A stretch of 59,556 bases of DNA, filler included, from Sphacelaria rigidula (Eukaryota): the NCBI GenBank assembly GCA_964200075.2. It is 7 parts of 7 records of this genome, joined end to end, with 100 filler letters (N's around TTAATTAATTAA, not from the genome) between each part and the next. Parts side by side here need not be neighbours in the genome. Positions count along the whole stretch, not along the records: positions 17,047 to 25,469 come from CAXNAA020011192.1; positions 25,570 to 33,991 come from CAXNAA020011193.1; positions 34,092 to 42,513 come from CAXNAA020011194.1; 4 more parts are not named here. The stretch is one strand, 5' to 3'. The notes beneath the pieces are model-generated. The model worked only from the letters and a program-made list of their open reading frames with translations, had not been told where the DNA came from and did no database searches. Every line of letters begins with the position of its first letter. Position 1 is the stretch's first letter. Below are positions 23,853-35,362 of the stretch, piece by piece. The position numbers and the translations under genes are program-made.

Positions 23853-24508
23853 CATAATATCCACCCAACAGACCGTGGCACTTCCAACTGGGAGTGGACA
23901 GCACTGCGTGTCGACTGCAAATGTTTCAAGGGTCGGACAAATAATGATTCGCCTGGAAATTACTTATTTTAGTACAATTAATTCAAACCGTGCGAATGCA
24001 CCGATCAATCCCCAGGCTTTGTTTTTAGCGTTGCAACCCAGGTACACGCAGCCCAGACACGTGGAATGGCACTAAAGTTGCGTGGATACCCCTTTGACCA
24101 GCGGTCGACTTTTTTGGGGGGGGGGCAATCAGGCGGAAGAAATCGTGGATTAGGTGATTCGTGGTCGTGATGGTTCGTCCTAACCGTGGAATGTTTAGTA
24201 CAGAGAGGGACAAAAAGGTAGAGCAGCTCAGGCAATCTAGCGGAGATCAAGCCGTGCTCGCCAGGTCTGAACACCACAGTACAGTGATCGCTACAGCGCA
24301 TGAGGGCGGGCGTGAGTGTGTTCGTTACAACATGACAGATTTCCCATGGTCTAGTTCATCTAATTTTTAATGGGTCGTCAGTTCTTGCCGCGTTCAAAAT
24401 CGTTTCCCCATTTTGAACGCCAGCTCAGATTCCTGGGGGCCACCCTTGTTCACATCCTCGAGTACCCAACGGTTTGGCCCGCAAAGAATGGTTTTTGTTT
24501 GGCCGGAT

Positions 24509-24918
24509 GTTATGGCCCACAGAGTTTTGGACCACGGATCGTTCACTTTCGGGATGTCCGACCCACTCTTTGAACCCCGAAACAGGGAAAATCGCCAACA
24601 CACGGCTCCTCTCTGGGTGATTGCAGAGTGCCCAAGGTTTTGAGAGTGGCCGCTAAACAATAATCCGTGTTCAATAAAATTCACGGCGATCTCCACAGAT
24701 TATTATTGGGTAAACTACTGTATGTTGGCAAGCACAAATTATTGTTCAGCGGCCAATCTCGGAACCTCAAAGCCCAGCGAATCTGAGAAGTAGGCCAAGT
24801 TCCTCTCTGTGGGGTGATGTAGTGTACAGGACGTGTGTTGACGATTTCCCCTGTTTGGGTATCAAAAAGTAGGTCAGGTGAACCGTCCGTGGGCCAAAAC
24901 TCTGTTCGCCATAACTAG
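24509..24918. mobile_element. MITE-like element with ~38-bp TIRs
   Basis: GTTATGGCCCACAGAGTTTTGGACCACGGATCGTTCAC versus GTGAACCGTCCGTGGGCCAAAACTCTGTTCGCCATAAC. No clear TSD. Confidence 0.6.
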
Positions 24919-25078
24919 ACTGTTAACCATGTGCTCTTTTTGTTGCTCGTCTTCTGCGCTTATTAGATTTTTCTTCCTGCGTTTTTTTTCGCTCTTCTGC
25001 GCCTCCTCATGTTTTCTGTTTTTTTCATTCCATTTTCCCCGTGTTTTTTTGTTTTCTTGCTATTTTGTACGTCGAAAG

Positions 25079-25193
25079 TCAAGCTAGGCTAGTAATACGA
25101 TGGGGGACCGCGTGGGGAGCCCTGATTTGACTTGACTTTCGAACAGAGCCCCCGTGTGGTCCCCGTCCCCACCGTAGTACTAGCCTGGCTTGA
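25079..25193. pseudogene. Two 5S rRNA-derived 3' fragments in inverted orientation
   Basis: Plus strand 25079-25126 TCAAGCTAGGCTAGTAATACGATGGGGGACCGCGTGGGGAGCCCTG and minus strand 25146-25193 TCAAGCCAGGCTAGTACTACGGTGGGG..GGACCACACGGG both resemble the 5S internal-control (IE/C box) half. The 5' half of 5S is absent. Confidence 0.6.
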
Positions 25194-26149
25194 CCTTTAG
25201 ACAGCGACTCCCCCGCTGGTGGACTGAGGTAGACACTACACTTTTTGGGTTCAGAATAATTCCTGTCACAACTCAAAACGCCCAATCTACGGCGGAAGGG
25301 ACCGGGAGTGCATGAGAGGTACATGGTTGCGTCATAACACAGACGGTGTGGTTGTCGACCACCTGATTATTGCGCCTGACATTTTTGCTGTGCAGTCTGT
25401 AGTGTTTTGTGCCGCGACTGCACGTGCGGTCTGCAGCGTACTAGATCTTACAGTGTTGAGCGTGCCGAGNNNNNNNNNNNNNNNNNNNNNNNNNNNNNNN
25501 NNNNNNNNNNNNNTTAATTAATTAANNNNNNNNNNNNNNNNNNNNNNNNNNNNNNNNNNNNNNNNNNNNGTAGGGATGCGAGGTCGATGGTCTTATGACT
25601 ATGGCAAGCATGATCATGAGTACACCCCCCCCCTACAACCGCCAATCGTGGATATCTTCGCCGTAGGTGTTACTCCGCAAGGGACCAGGGCGTGGAAGGT
25701 CATCGCCGAGAAAGATTTGGCGAAGTTTCCGCTGCTTAGTTTTCTCCGTTTCGTGCTCGCTGCTGTCTGCGAGCTTCGTCTGCCGTTCTCGTAGTCATTA
25801 TCGATTTTGGTGAAAAGTTCGTGGGGGCAGCAAGCGCTTTCATTGTGACACGGTCAAATCCGTCGAACACCAATTTTCGCGAGAATCATGTCAAACTTAA
25901 TTCCACTTGGTTGGGTGGCTCTAAACAAACAGAAAGCACAGAGCTCTACGAACGTGTTCGTCGAGTTCAGCGTTGCCAAGCACGGAGAAGAATGCTCAAA
26001 TTTGTCTCGAAAATCCGGGGACAGGCCAATTTTATCCCCAAATTGACTCTTCTCCCTCTTTGGTGCCGGAAACTGTTGTAATGTGATGCATTGTGATGCA
26101 TTGTGATGCGTAAAGGTTTGCGCCAAAGAAAAGTATCTGGAACGTCCCA

Positions 26150-26800
26150 GCTCCAGGTGCATCATTTTCGTAGTCATTGTCGAGTTCTGGTGATCAGGGG
26201 GCAGGGGCATCACTCAACGTGCGTCATAGTACCTTAATCGTAACCCATGAGCATCAAATTTCGGGAGATTACTGTCAAAACGTATGCTGATAGGTTAAAA
26301 AAGAAGAAAGAGCAAGAAAACGTTTTCGTTGAGTATGGCGTTGCCAAACACAGACTGAATGGTCAAATTTGTTCCGAAAACCAGGAAAAATAGACCATTT
26401 TCATCCCGGAATTTTAACGTTTTTATGGCAAAACGGACTGCACTGGTCACATGAACGTTTGTACCAAAATAGAAGGTCTGAAACGCCTCAAGTGTTCCAT
26501 TTTTGTAGTCATCATCGATTTCTGGTGAAAAAATAGGAATTAGAGGGCATCACTCAACATGCTTCATAGAGTACCTTACTCGTAACCGATGAATACCAAA
26601 ATTTGGGAGATTGCTGTCAAAACGTATTTCAATGGATTGAAAAAAAAAAAAGACTTTTTGTCGAGTACGGCGTTGCCAAATACTGACTTAATGGCGAAAT
26701 TTGTTCCAAAAATCAGGGGATAGGCGATTTTCATCTCCGCATGAAATGTTCCTTTTTGTTTCTTCATCAAAACGGACTGTACTGATCTCACAAAGATTTT
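26150..26800 (+). repeat. Tandem duplication, ~340-bp unit
   Basis: GGGCATCACTCAAC..GTACCTTA.TCGTAACC..GGGAGATT.CTGTCAAAACGTAT recurs at 26205 and 26545. Confidence 0.8.
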
Positions 26801-28169
26801 TCCCGATAGAGAAGATATGAGACGTCTAAGGTCGAGAGAAATCAACTGCTGCATAAAGAGTACCGTATTTGACACAGAGGATGTTTCGGCCGCATCTTGT
26901 ACGTCAATCGAGCCATACTCCACATCCACTCCTTCAACTTGGTTTGATTATTTTTCAATTTTGAAAAGCTTGGGTGATAGAGGATTGAATTGTCTCTCTC
27001 CGGATACGCTGGGCATTGTTCTACGTGTCGTGGTTCCCACGAACCTGAGTTTTTCCCGTCAGGTGCCTTAAGCGTACCTTAGTTGTGGCATTTACCTCTA
27101 ATGATGAAGAGAATATTAACACGTCTGGCGATGATAGTGGTTCTGGTGATGGTGGTGATGATGATAGTAGTAATACTACTGATAACAACACCAAGAATGG
27201 TGTTTTCGTTACCTGAACAATGTCACGTGGTTCAGCCTTTGTATGAAATAGCCATGATCCAGTTTGACACCAAACGGTACACCCTCCCAACCGCTCCTGC
27301 CCCTTCTTCCCTGCCTAATGGTCGAATTTTCAAAAACCGCTCTGTTTGTGTTTGTGCTGCCAGGATTTCTGGTTCACACGCATAAGTGGTCCTCAGAGTC
27401 GAGGCGCGACATCCCCAAGCTGTCAAAAATCCTGCAGGTTTGTGATTCGACCTTTTATGATCTTGGCAAGTCCTACGCGCGCACTTTCCGTTACTGAAAA
27501 ATGTACTGTATAATAGTAAGCAAACAACGAAAATGTCTAGGATTCCCCTCGGATTGTCTTGTGCAAGTATCACGAACAATAGTCGGGGGAACTTGACCAC
27601 CTCTAGAGTAGCAGTGATGAGCACGATCATATTTAAGAACCTGTCGTGAGATCGAGGGTCTAGCATTCGTTCGAGTGTCCTTTTTTTATTCCATTCGTTG
27701 ATGGAGCACTAACATTCTGAATGCCAAGTGCCGGCGGCAACGATTCAACAGACCATCTACCCTAGCCATCAAAGGTTTGATACAAGTGACATTATTTATA
27801 GAACATCTCGAGCTTTTAAGTTGCTAGCTCTACGACGATTGTTACTCAGCGATACGTTTGCCCGACAGAGAAATAACGGATATGACAAATGAGCAGTGTC
27901 ACGGTAGGGGTGCACCTTTTTTTTCTGAGGCTCTTCGTTGTAGGAGCCTCTCGATAAAACAATATATATATGGGCCTCAGTGTGCAACCTCAGACAAGTT
28001 GTGGCCCAAAACGTGCCCCCCTACCGTGATATAACTCAAACCGATAATCGTAGCATTGTAGCACGAACTTGTGTCGATACATTCAGCACGTTTCAATCGA
28101 CCTTGCGCAGAATTGTGTGTAATCCGACACGATTTCCGGATCATATGCTAGTGTCGCCGTCCCATCTAT

Positions 28170-28500
28170 TCTGGATGCTGGCCTTCATCTTGCGGTATAT
28201 GTGGGCGCATCAGCCGGGGTCACACAGGAGGAAGCTCAACACAGGAGTTTTTCTATTTATTTATTTTTAGTGCCCCACCTTCCTCATGCGGTGCTTGCCT
28301 TCATTTTTTATCGCGAGAGGGGTTCAGCAGTTCCTTTCCCTCGTCGACTGTGAAGTCGAACTTTGGGTACCCACGACATAGTCGCTCTCCACTATTGGGC
28401 ATGGTGTGAGAAAAGATGCCAGACCGCTCCGAGATTTGAACTCACGACACAACCGTCAGAGGGTTTCGAGATTACCAGCTGAGCTACCGGGGCGACCGGG
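28170..28500 (-). mobile_element. tRNA-derived SINE
   Basis: Head (reverse complement) CCGGTCGCCCCGGTAGCTCAGCTGGTAATCTCG..GAGTTCAAATCTC with A and B boxes. The same head occurs at 8524-8573. The 3' boundary is approximate. Confidence 0.7.
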
Positions 28501-28898
28501 GTATAGTAGCCTATTAACTCGCCGCCATCGCAAAGGAAAACATGCTGGTGTTTAAATAACAAGGGGAATTATATATATCCAACAATAACTCTTTGGAATG
28601 TTAACCATTCGAGCTCACTCAGTGATGTTTCAAGTAAAATTTACGACGATTGTGCAAATAGACATCTCCGGCGCTAACTGTCCCTTTGGAGCATCATTTC
28701 CACCTTCTTTCACGTGATAATGGGGTGAGAATGCCACACCCAATCAAGTAATAGACACTCCATTTGGCGACCATCTTGCTAAATGTGATACATTGCCACA
28801 AAGGCCCGATCTGTTGGGGGGAAATGACGAACGTGAAATACTCACAACTCTAGGTCGAGATATTGTTACTACCAACAGTAGTGGTAGCAGCAACAGTA

Positions 28899-28934
<36 letters not shown>

Positions 28935-29581
28935 CAGCAGCAGTAGAAGTGGTTGTCTTCGTACTTGGATCTCTCGTAGAAACTGCACCCCATTTGCAAT
29001 CGACTGCATTCTTCTGGGTTTTTTTTTGGTTCGCCTCTTCTTGCTTCATGTCTTCTTGTGCTTTTTCGTGGAGACTTATTCACCTCAAGCAGCTTTTCGG
29101 CTATGAAAAGTTCGCAGAAATATGGATTATACACACTCCATTGTCTTCAATGCTTCCAACGCTCACGCAGTAGGCATTCGTCCTCATTGCGATTGGATAA
29201 GAAGCTCGGGCTCACGCTGGTGGTAGCCTGGCATTTCCTCGCTCGCTGCTCTCTCTCGTAACCACCATAGCAAAGGGCAGGTTCATTTGAGTAAACTAGG
29301 GTGCGACTGCTCCTGCCTCAGCCTTCACTCACAAATATAAGACTGAGTTATCGGCGTGGGGCTAGGCACTTCAAGCCTAGACGTCTGCTCATCACACCGG
29401 AGATCTCTTCATCTCCAAGCATGTACGGAATACCGATCATCGGGTTTGAGAAAGACCACAGGGTCTATGACCTGTGGTATCGCTTCGCAGTCTCATGGCA
29501 TTCTGGCTTTACCTGTTTCTTCCGTTTTCTTTGTTCTTGTCTTTGCGTATCCCTTCCCCTTTCTTTCATAACTAAGAACAG

Positions 29582-29734
29582 AAAGACGTCAAGTACGTGA
29601 CAAGACCTTTCTTACCTCGACGGGACATACACTGCCGCATCAAACTGCCCCCGGGGCAATACGCGGTGGTGGCGACGACCCTTGAACCGGGGGAGCCGGG
29701 TCGGTTCTGGATGCATATCAGAGCGGATCGCAAT
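29582..29734 (+). CDS. Exon of a calpain domain III (C2-like/CBSW) containing protein
   Basis: CAG| acceptor and |GTAAGT donor, 153 bp, phase 0. Encodes KDVKYVTRPFLPRRDIHCRIKLPPGQYAVVATTLEPGEPGRFWMHIRADRN, matching the calpain III LPPGxYxIVPSTFxPxxxGxF motif. Confidence 0.7.
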
Positions 29735-30030
29735 GTAAGTGCGCAATGTAGGTGCCGCTCTTACTTGACGTTTTGTCCTTCTCCGCACCCCCATTTATCC
29801 TGAGATGCTGATGATGTTGTAAACATGGATCACCTCCCTCTCCCCTTCCATCCCCTGCCCTTTCCCCCCAAGCGCACTCGTGTACGAGTACAGTATCATT
29901 CTGGTAAAATACAACCCGTGGGTCTCGGAATCCCTTGCACAGTCGTTCCATTCAGCCAATTATTGTGGGCATGCGCTGCGTCATGCGTATCACACCGTTT
30001 CTCTTCACTAGCAGTTACAAATGTGCTAGT

Positions 30031-32597
30031 CACGACTTGGAAATAGTTATGTCCACCTCCAGCTGGCATTTGACTACCCGCCCGCGTTCGTTCCATGTGC
30101 CTTGCATCGGCACCACCACACCCGAAATACATTAATACAATCTGTGGACATCGGTCAAGCCATCGCACGGTGCAAACGGCCTCGTAGCGGACGAGAAATG
30201 CGCCTGCTGCACAGTGCAAAAAACATTCGCCAGCCGACTGGAGGTAGACATGAGCTACTATGTCCAAGCCGCGAGTTGGACATAGCGTATGTCCACCTCC
30301 ATCGATTGGAATAACTATTCACGCCCGTCCCATATGCCTTGCATCGACACCACAGCACCTGATATACGCTCACACAGTCCGTAGCCACCATTCAAGTCAT
30401 CGCACGGTGCAAACGGCTTCGCAGCGGACGAGAAATACACCTGCTGCACAGTGCCAAAAAATAACGCCACCCGACTGAAGGTGGATAAAAACTACTATGT
30501 CCAAGTCGAGAGGGGGTCATAGCTTCTGTCCACCTCCATCGAGTAGAATACATGTCCGCGCTCGTCCTATGTGACTTTTATCGACACCACAGCAGCTGCA
30601 ATACACTCACACAGTTCATAGCTATCGTTCAAGCTATCGTGCGGTGCAAACGGCGTCGTAGCGGACGAAAAACGCGCCTGCTACACACAGAGCCAAACAA
30701 TGCCGCCAACCGACTGGAGGTGGACATGGGCTACGCCCAAGTCGCGACTTGGCGACTTGGACATAGCTTACGTCCAACTCCAGCGGGTGGAATATCTGTC
30801 CGCGCTCGTCCCATGTGCTTTGCATCGACACCAGAGCAAGTGAAAAACACTCACACATTCCGTAGCCACCGTTCAAGCTATCGTGGAGTGCAAACGGTCT
30901 CATAGCGTAGAAGAAACGCGCCTGCCTCACACAGGGCCAAGAAGTACATCTGCACCGAACTGGACTTGGACATAGCTTTTGTCGAAAACGCAACTTAGGC
31001 AACTTGGGCATACGCTATGTTGGCTGGAGGCATGGGAGCACGTAATCATGTGCTTGCGATTCATAGCGGTCGCCTTGCAGACAAGAACGTTAACAGGTGA
31101 TTGCCGCTAGTGCGTTCTACGCGCATTGTTCCGCGATGAACTGGGGTTTTAGCCAGCGTGATGAGAATGTATCTACAGGCAGTGTTGGAAAAACTAGAAA
31201 TGTACACGCTTCTCAGCTGTCTCGCGTCGCACGTTATCTACGTACTCAGCCCGTGTAACCTGGGGCTGCTGGGTACGAAGTGCGAATAACGCGTACCAGC
31301 CGCGAAGATGGCTCCATGAATCGATCCTTTCTTCATCGCACCTGCGATGTCCTCGACACACAACTAGTCGGTCGATTTCTCACGGCTGTAGGAGCTGCGA
31401 AGAAGAAGGACAATGTTGTATAACTAGTTCCAAAGGCTACAGCACCGTGATACTGCTCCCGCGTGCTTTAGCTTTGCACCCCACGATGGCTTGAACGGTG
31501 GCTACGGACTGTGTGAGTAAATTGCAGCTGCTGTGTTGTCGATACAAGGCACATGGGACGAGCGCGGACAGGTATTCCACTCCCTGGAGTTGGACATACA
31601 GTAATTGAAAATGCTCACGCTCTGTCATGAACAAGATTGATGCAGGATATAGTGCGGCACAAGTAGCATCAACCATGTTGCGATTGCGGACGATTACGTA
31701 ACCAATCAGAGGAATAATGTCTGATTACGTAGGTTATGCGAGTACAGTCACTTGTGCAGTTCGGGCAGCCCAGTCGCCTGACGCCCACCATCAGTCAGTC
31801 AGTTCTGGTTTTGGATGCCCACGGTCAAAGTGTCTTGCTCTGGGGGTTTACATAAGTGTGTGCGGCGAGCGAGTTAGTGTGGTATTGCGTGGGAGAGATT
31901 GAGCGTGTGTTATCGTGTGACTGAATGAGGTTGATTGGAATCTGAGTGAGTAAGCAGGATGAAGGGGGGTAATCAAAACGCTGTATACAGTACAACTGTT
32001 ATTTACCTGAACCGGGCTACTGACTACTGTTCACGCACATGAGTTGTGTGGACGCTTACACCCGCATCAGAGCGGTTTATCACACAGTAGCTTATGATGT
32101 CCAACTCCAGTCGGGTGGCGGTATTGTTTGGCACTGTGTGTAAGGCGCGTTTCTCGTCCGCTACAACGCCATTTGCACCGCACGATAGCTTGAACGATGG
32201 CTACGAAATGTGCGAGTGTATTGCAGCTGCTGTGGTGTCGATACAAGGCACATGGCACGAGCGCGGACAGGTATTTTACTCGATGGAGGTGGACATACGC
32301 TATATCCACCTCGCGACTTGAACACGGTAGCTTATGTCCACCTCCAGTCGGGTGGCGTTATCTCCAGGTCGTTTGGCGGTATTTTTTGGCACTGTGCAGT
32401 AGGTGTATTTCTCATCCGCTACGAGGCCGTTTGCACCGTGCGATGGCTTGAACGATGACTACGGGCTGTGTGAGTGTATTCCGAATGTTTTAGTGTCAAT
32501 GTAAGGCACATGAGACGAACGCGGGCGGGTAGTCAAATGTCAGCTGGGGGTGGACATACCTATTTCCAGGTCTAAGTCGCGACTTGGACATAGCATT
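30031..32597. mobile_element. Foldback-like element whose arms are tandem ~240-bp units
   Basis: Left units start at 30048, 30288, 30525 and 30769. Inverted units lie at ~32090-32597, with a partial one at 31480-31600. The outermost units of both arms share the variant GGCATTTGACTACCCGCCCGCGTTCGT. Confidence 0.8.
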
Positions 32598-32787
32598 GCC
32601 CGTAACAAATCAATCGAAAACTGTTGATCCCTGAGCAGCACCCGTACTTTGACGCTTCGCCACCTTGCGTGTACTGTTCCTTTTCCTTCGTTCTCTTTTT
32701 TCTGCTTGGTCCTGTCTTGTGTTAGATGTGTTGTTTATTCTTTCCGTCTTTCAGTTTACTCCGTTTCTTCCATATTTGGCTATTCGC

Positions 32788-33323
32788 TAGAGTTGTGGTT
32801 TGGCTGCCAGTTCAACTGGTCAGTTCCAGTTAAGTGGTACAACTGGTTAACTGACCGGTTTCGTTTCCAGTTGAACCAGGTATTTCACCCGACATATGTG
32901 TCGTACTCCAAAGTTTTTTTGTGTAAGTATGTGTCATACTCATATCACTACTTCCGGAGTATTGTCGTACTATAATGACCGTGAGGATACAAGGACAACG
33001 AAATGATCGCACAGCGCTTATACCTAGACGCAATGTATGGTGCACTACTGTCTCACCACTTCGTCTTTTTAATTCACGTCGCAAAGTCCAGGGACATTCC
33101 TTTTTTTCCCACGCATGTATACTTTTGTGCACTGATTTTAAGTGCTCAAATTTACCGCGATTTTGAAGAAATGTCAAACTCTCCGCCGCGTTATCTTACC
33201 AGGCAACGTTGAGAGAATCGCCAGGCGGCTTCGCCGCCAGTTATCCAGTTTGAACTGGTGCTGTAACTGGTTGAATTTTTCTGCAACCAGTTAAGTGATT
33301 AGCCAAACCAGTTCACGACTCTA
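32788..33323. mobile_element. hAT-type MITE (536 bp) with a perfect 8-bp TSD
   Basis: TIRs TAGAGTTGTG..GTTTGGCT / AGCCAAACCAGTTCACGACTCTA. TSD CTATTCGC at 32780-32787 and 33324-33331. Many CCAGTT/AACTGG subterminal motifs. Confidence 0.9.
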
Positions 33324-34499
33324 CTATTCGCACTTTTCTCATTCTTCAGCGAGAGTGTTCGTTTTTGTTTACTCTGCGTACTATAGACTTCTGTCACGAA
33401 AGACCAGTCAGCTACATTGAGTCCTCCAATGATGGGCATTCAGACCTCAGCAGTCGTAGATGTCTGCATATTAATGATAGCTCTTCGTTTTACCGGCGAG
33501 AAGCATCCCAGCTCGTCCTCCTGCGAAGAGTGGAAACCAACATCAAATAATCGAAAGAAGTCACTCACGGAGTCCACCGATCATGCCAGCAGACCCGCGG
33601 CCCATCAACCCGCCGTAATCATGCCTTCTGGACGCTGTCCCGATAACATTCGTGTACCAAACCTAGGTAATAATCGCGGCTAGAGTCTACAGCACCCCCA
33701 AAGTTCTTTACCGACAAGTAGCCAAACTGGAGCTTGGCAATCTTAGATATCATTGTTGCCTAGCGTTACCATCATTTGCTACATAGAACTATATAAGCTG
33801 CTTGAATTTCTAAACAACTTGCAAGAGATCCAATCCTTCCCATTATGAACACGCAATCACGCGATAGTTCAAACACGTGCATCACTCCGAGTCAAGGGCG
33901 AAAGCTGACTTCAATCCCCAACTCTTAGAGGGAAATGTACCAATTAAGATACAGAGCCAATTAAGATACAAGGTTTTTTAATCGTTCATAGNNNNNNNNN
34001 NNNNNNNNNNNNNNNNNNNNNNNNNNNNNNNNNNNTTAATTAATTAANNNNNNNNNNNNNNNNNNNNNNNNNNNNNNNNNNNNNNNNNNNNGGGGCAGGG
34101 GGAGAGGGGGGGGGGGGCGGGGGGGGGGGGGGGGGGGGGGGGGGGGTGTTCTTCCCACGCGTGTTGATCGATGAAAGCAATGTTGACCTGAACCACCAGG
34201 GGGGGCGATCTGGGTGCCGCTCTCGTTTACCGAACGAAGATTGGAGCCGATTGAGCGAATGAACCACCGTGGCGGTGAAGGGTTCGTAGGAAATTATCGA
34301 CGGGTTACTGGCGACGTATTTTCGTACGTATGCAGGAGCACGGGAAGTACCGTAATTATCGGCCAGGAGGGGAGGACAAGCAATCGCGTCGTGTAGTTCG
34401 CAGCAGCGGCGCCACCCCTCTGTTCTCTCCTCATCATGTGCTGCTGCTCGATGTGGTACGTCCAGCGGCCCTGTAACGACAGATTTGCAAAAATACCCC

Positions 34500-34542
<43 letters not shown>

Positions 34543-35325
34543 TTCCCTCCCCCCCCCTTCCCTCCTTTCTCCGTTCTTCGTTNNNNNNNNNNTGTTTCCT
34601 TCCTCGTTTTGTCCCTCCCCCGGCCCCTTAACAAAAGATTTTAAAAAAACCCCCCCCCCCCCCCCCCCCCCCTCGCACCAGTATTCTTGCTCCGTTATCA
34701 CGACGACTTTTTGTCTACCTTCTGCGTTATTACTTTTATTTTTATTCATCCGTTGCCTGAAATTTCGGAAGCATCAATTCGATTCTTTTGATCGCTTTAA
34801 TAGCAACAAATTGGGTGAGTCGGTGATTCACTACTTGAAATCAGCGCCTTCTCTCTCATTTGGAAAATCCATCGTGACCCAAATGATAAGTAGTCACTAT
34901 ATCCAGGGTGGCGGTTGAAGCTTCGAGGGTTCAATCTTCCACAACACACCGTCGAAACTTGACCTAAAACTGAACTTGTCAAATCTTCCTCCGGGGATAA
35001 ATCGTGAAATAACATCCAGCTAGATCAGAGGGAGTTGAGAAAAACGGACCACGAACATTTGCGTACAGTAGTGATGAGCAGGTGGATATGCACGCCCCAC
35101 GTAAATTCGGGAAAAAAATGCCGATCTGGCTCTGGCATATGAAAAGAGAAGGGAAAATATACAGAGAAGAATGAGGGGGGGGGGGGGGGGGGGGGGGGGA
35201 GGGGGGGGTCTTTTCTTTGGAAGGGGCTTCTTGAAAAAGTNNNNNNNNNNGAGCAGAAGAAGCGAAAGAGATAAAAGAAAGAAAAGAGGGGGGGGGGGGG
35301 GAGTAAAAGGGGAAAGGGGAGGGGG

Positions 35326-35362
<37 letters not shown>

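Noticed and set aside
27232..27666. Cys-containing ORF resembling a piggyBac C-terminal domain
   Set aside because: Cysteine spacing is incomplete and no DDD domain is adjacent, so the evidence is too weak.
28420..28500. Genuine tRNA genes (also 9400-9450 and 10790-10862)
   Set aside because: A and B boxes are present without a complete cloverleaf, which fits SINE heads better.
30048..31020. CRISPR-like array of regularly spaced palindromes
   Set aside because: The sequences between palindromes are homologous ~210-bp units rather than unique spacers, there are no cas genes, and the context is eukaryotic.
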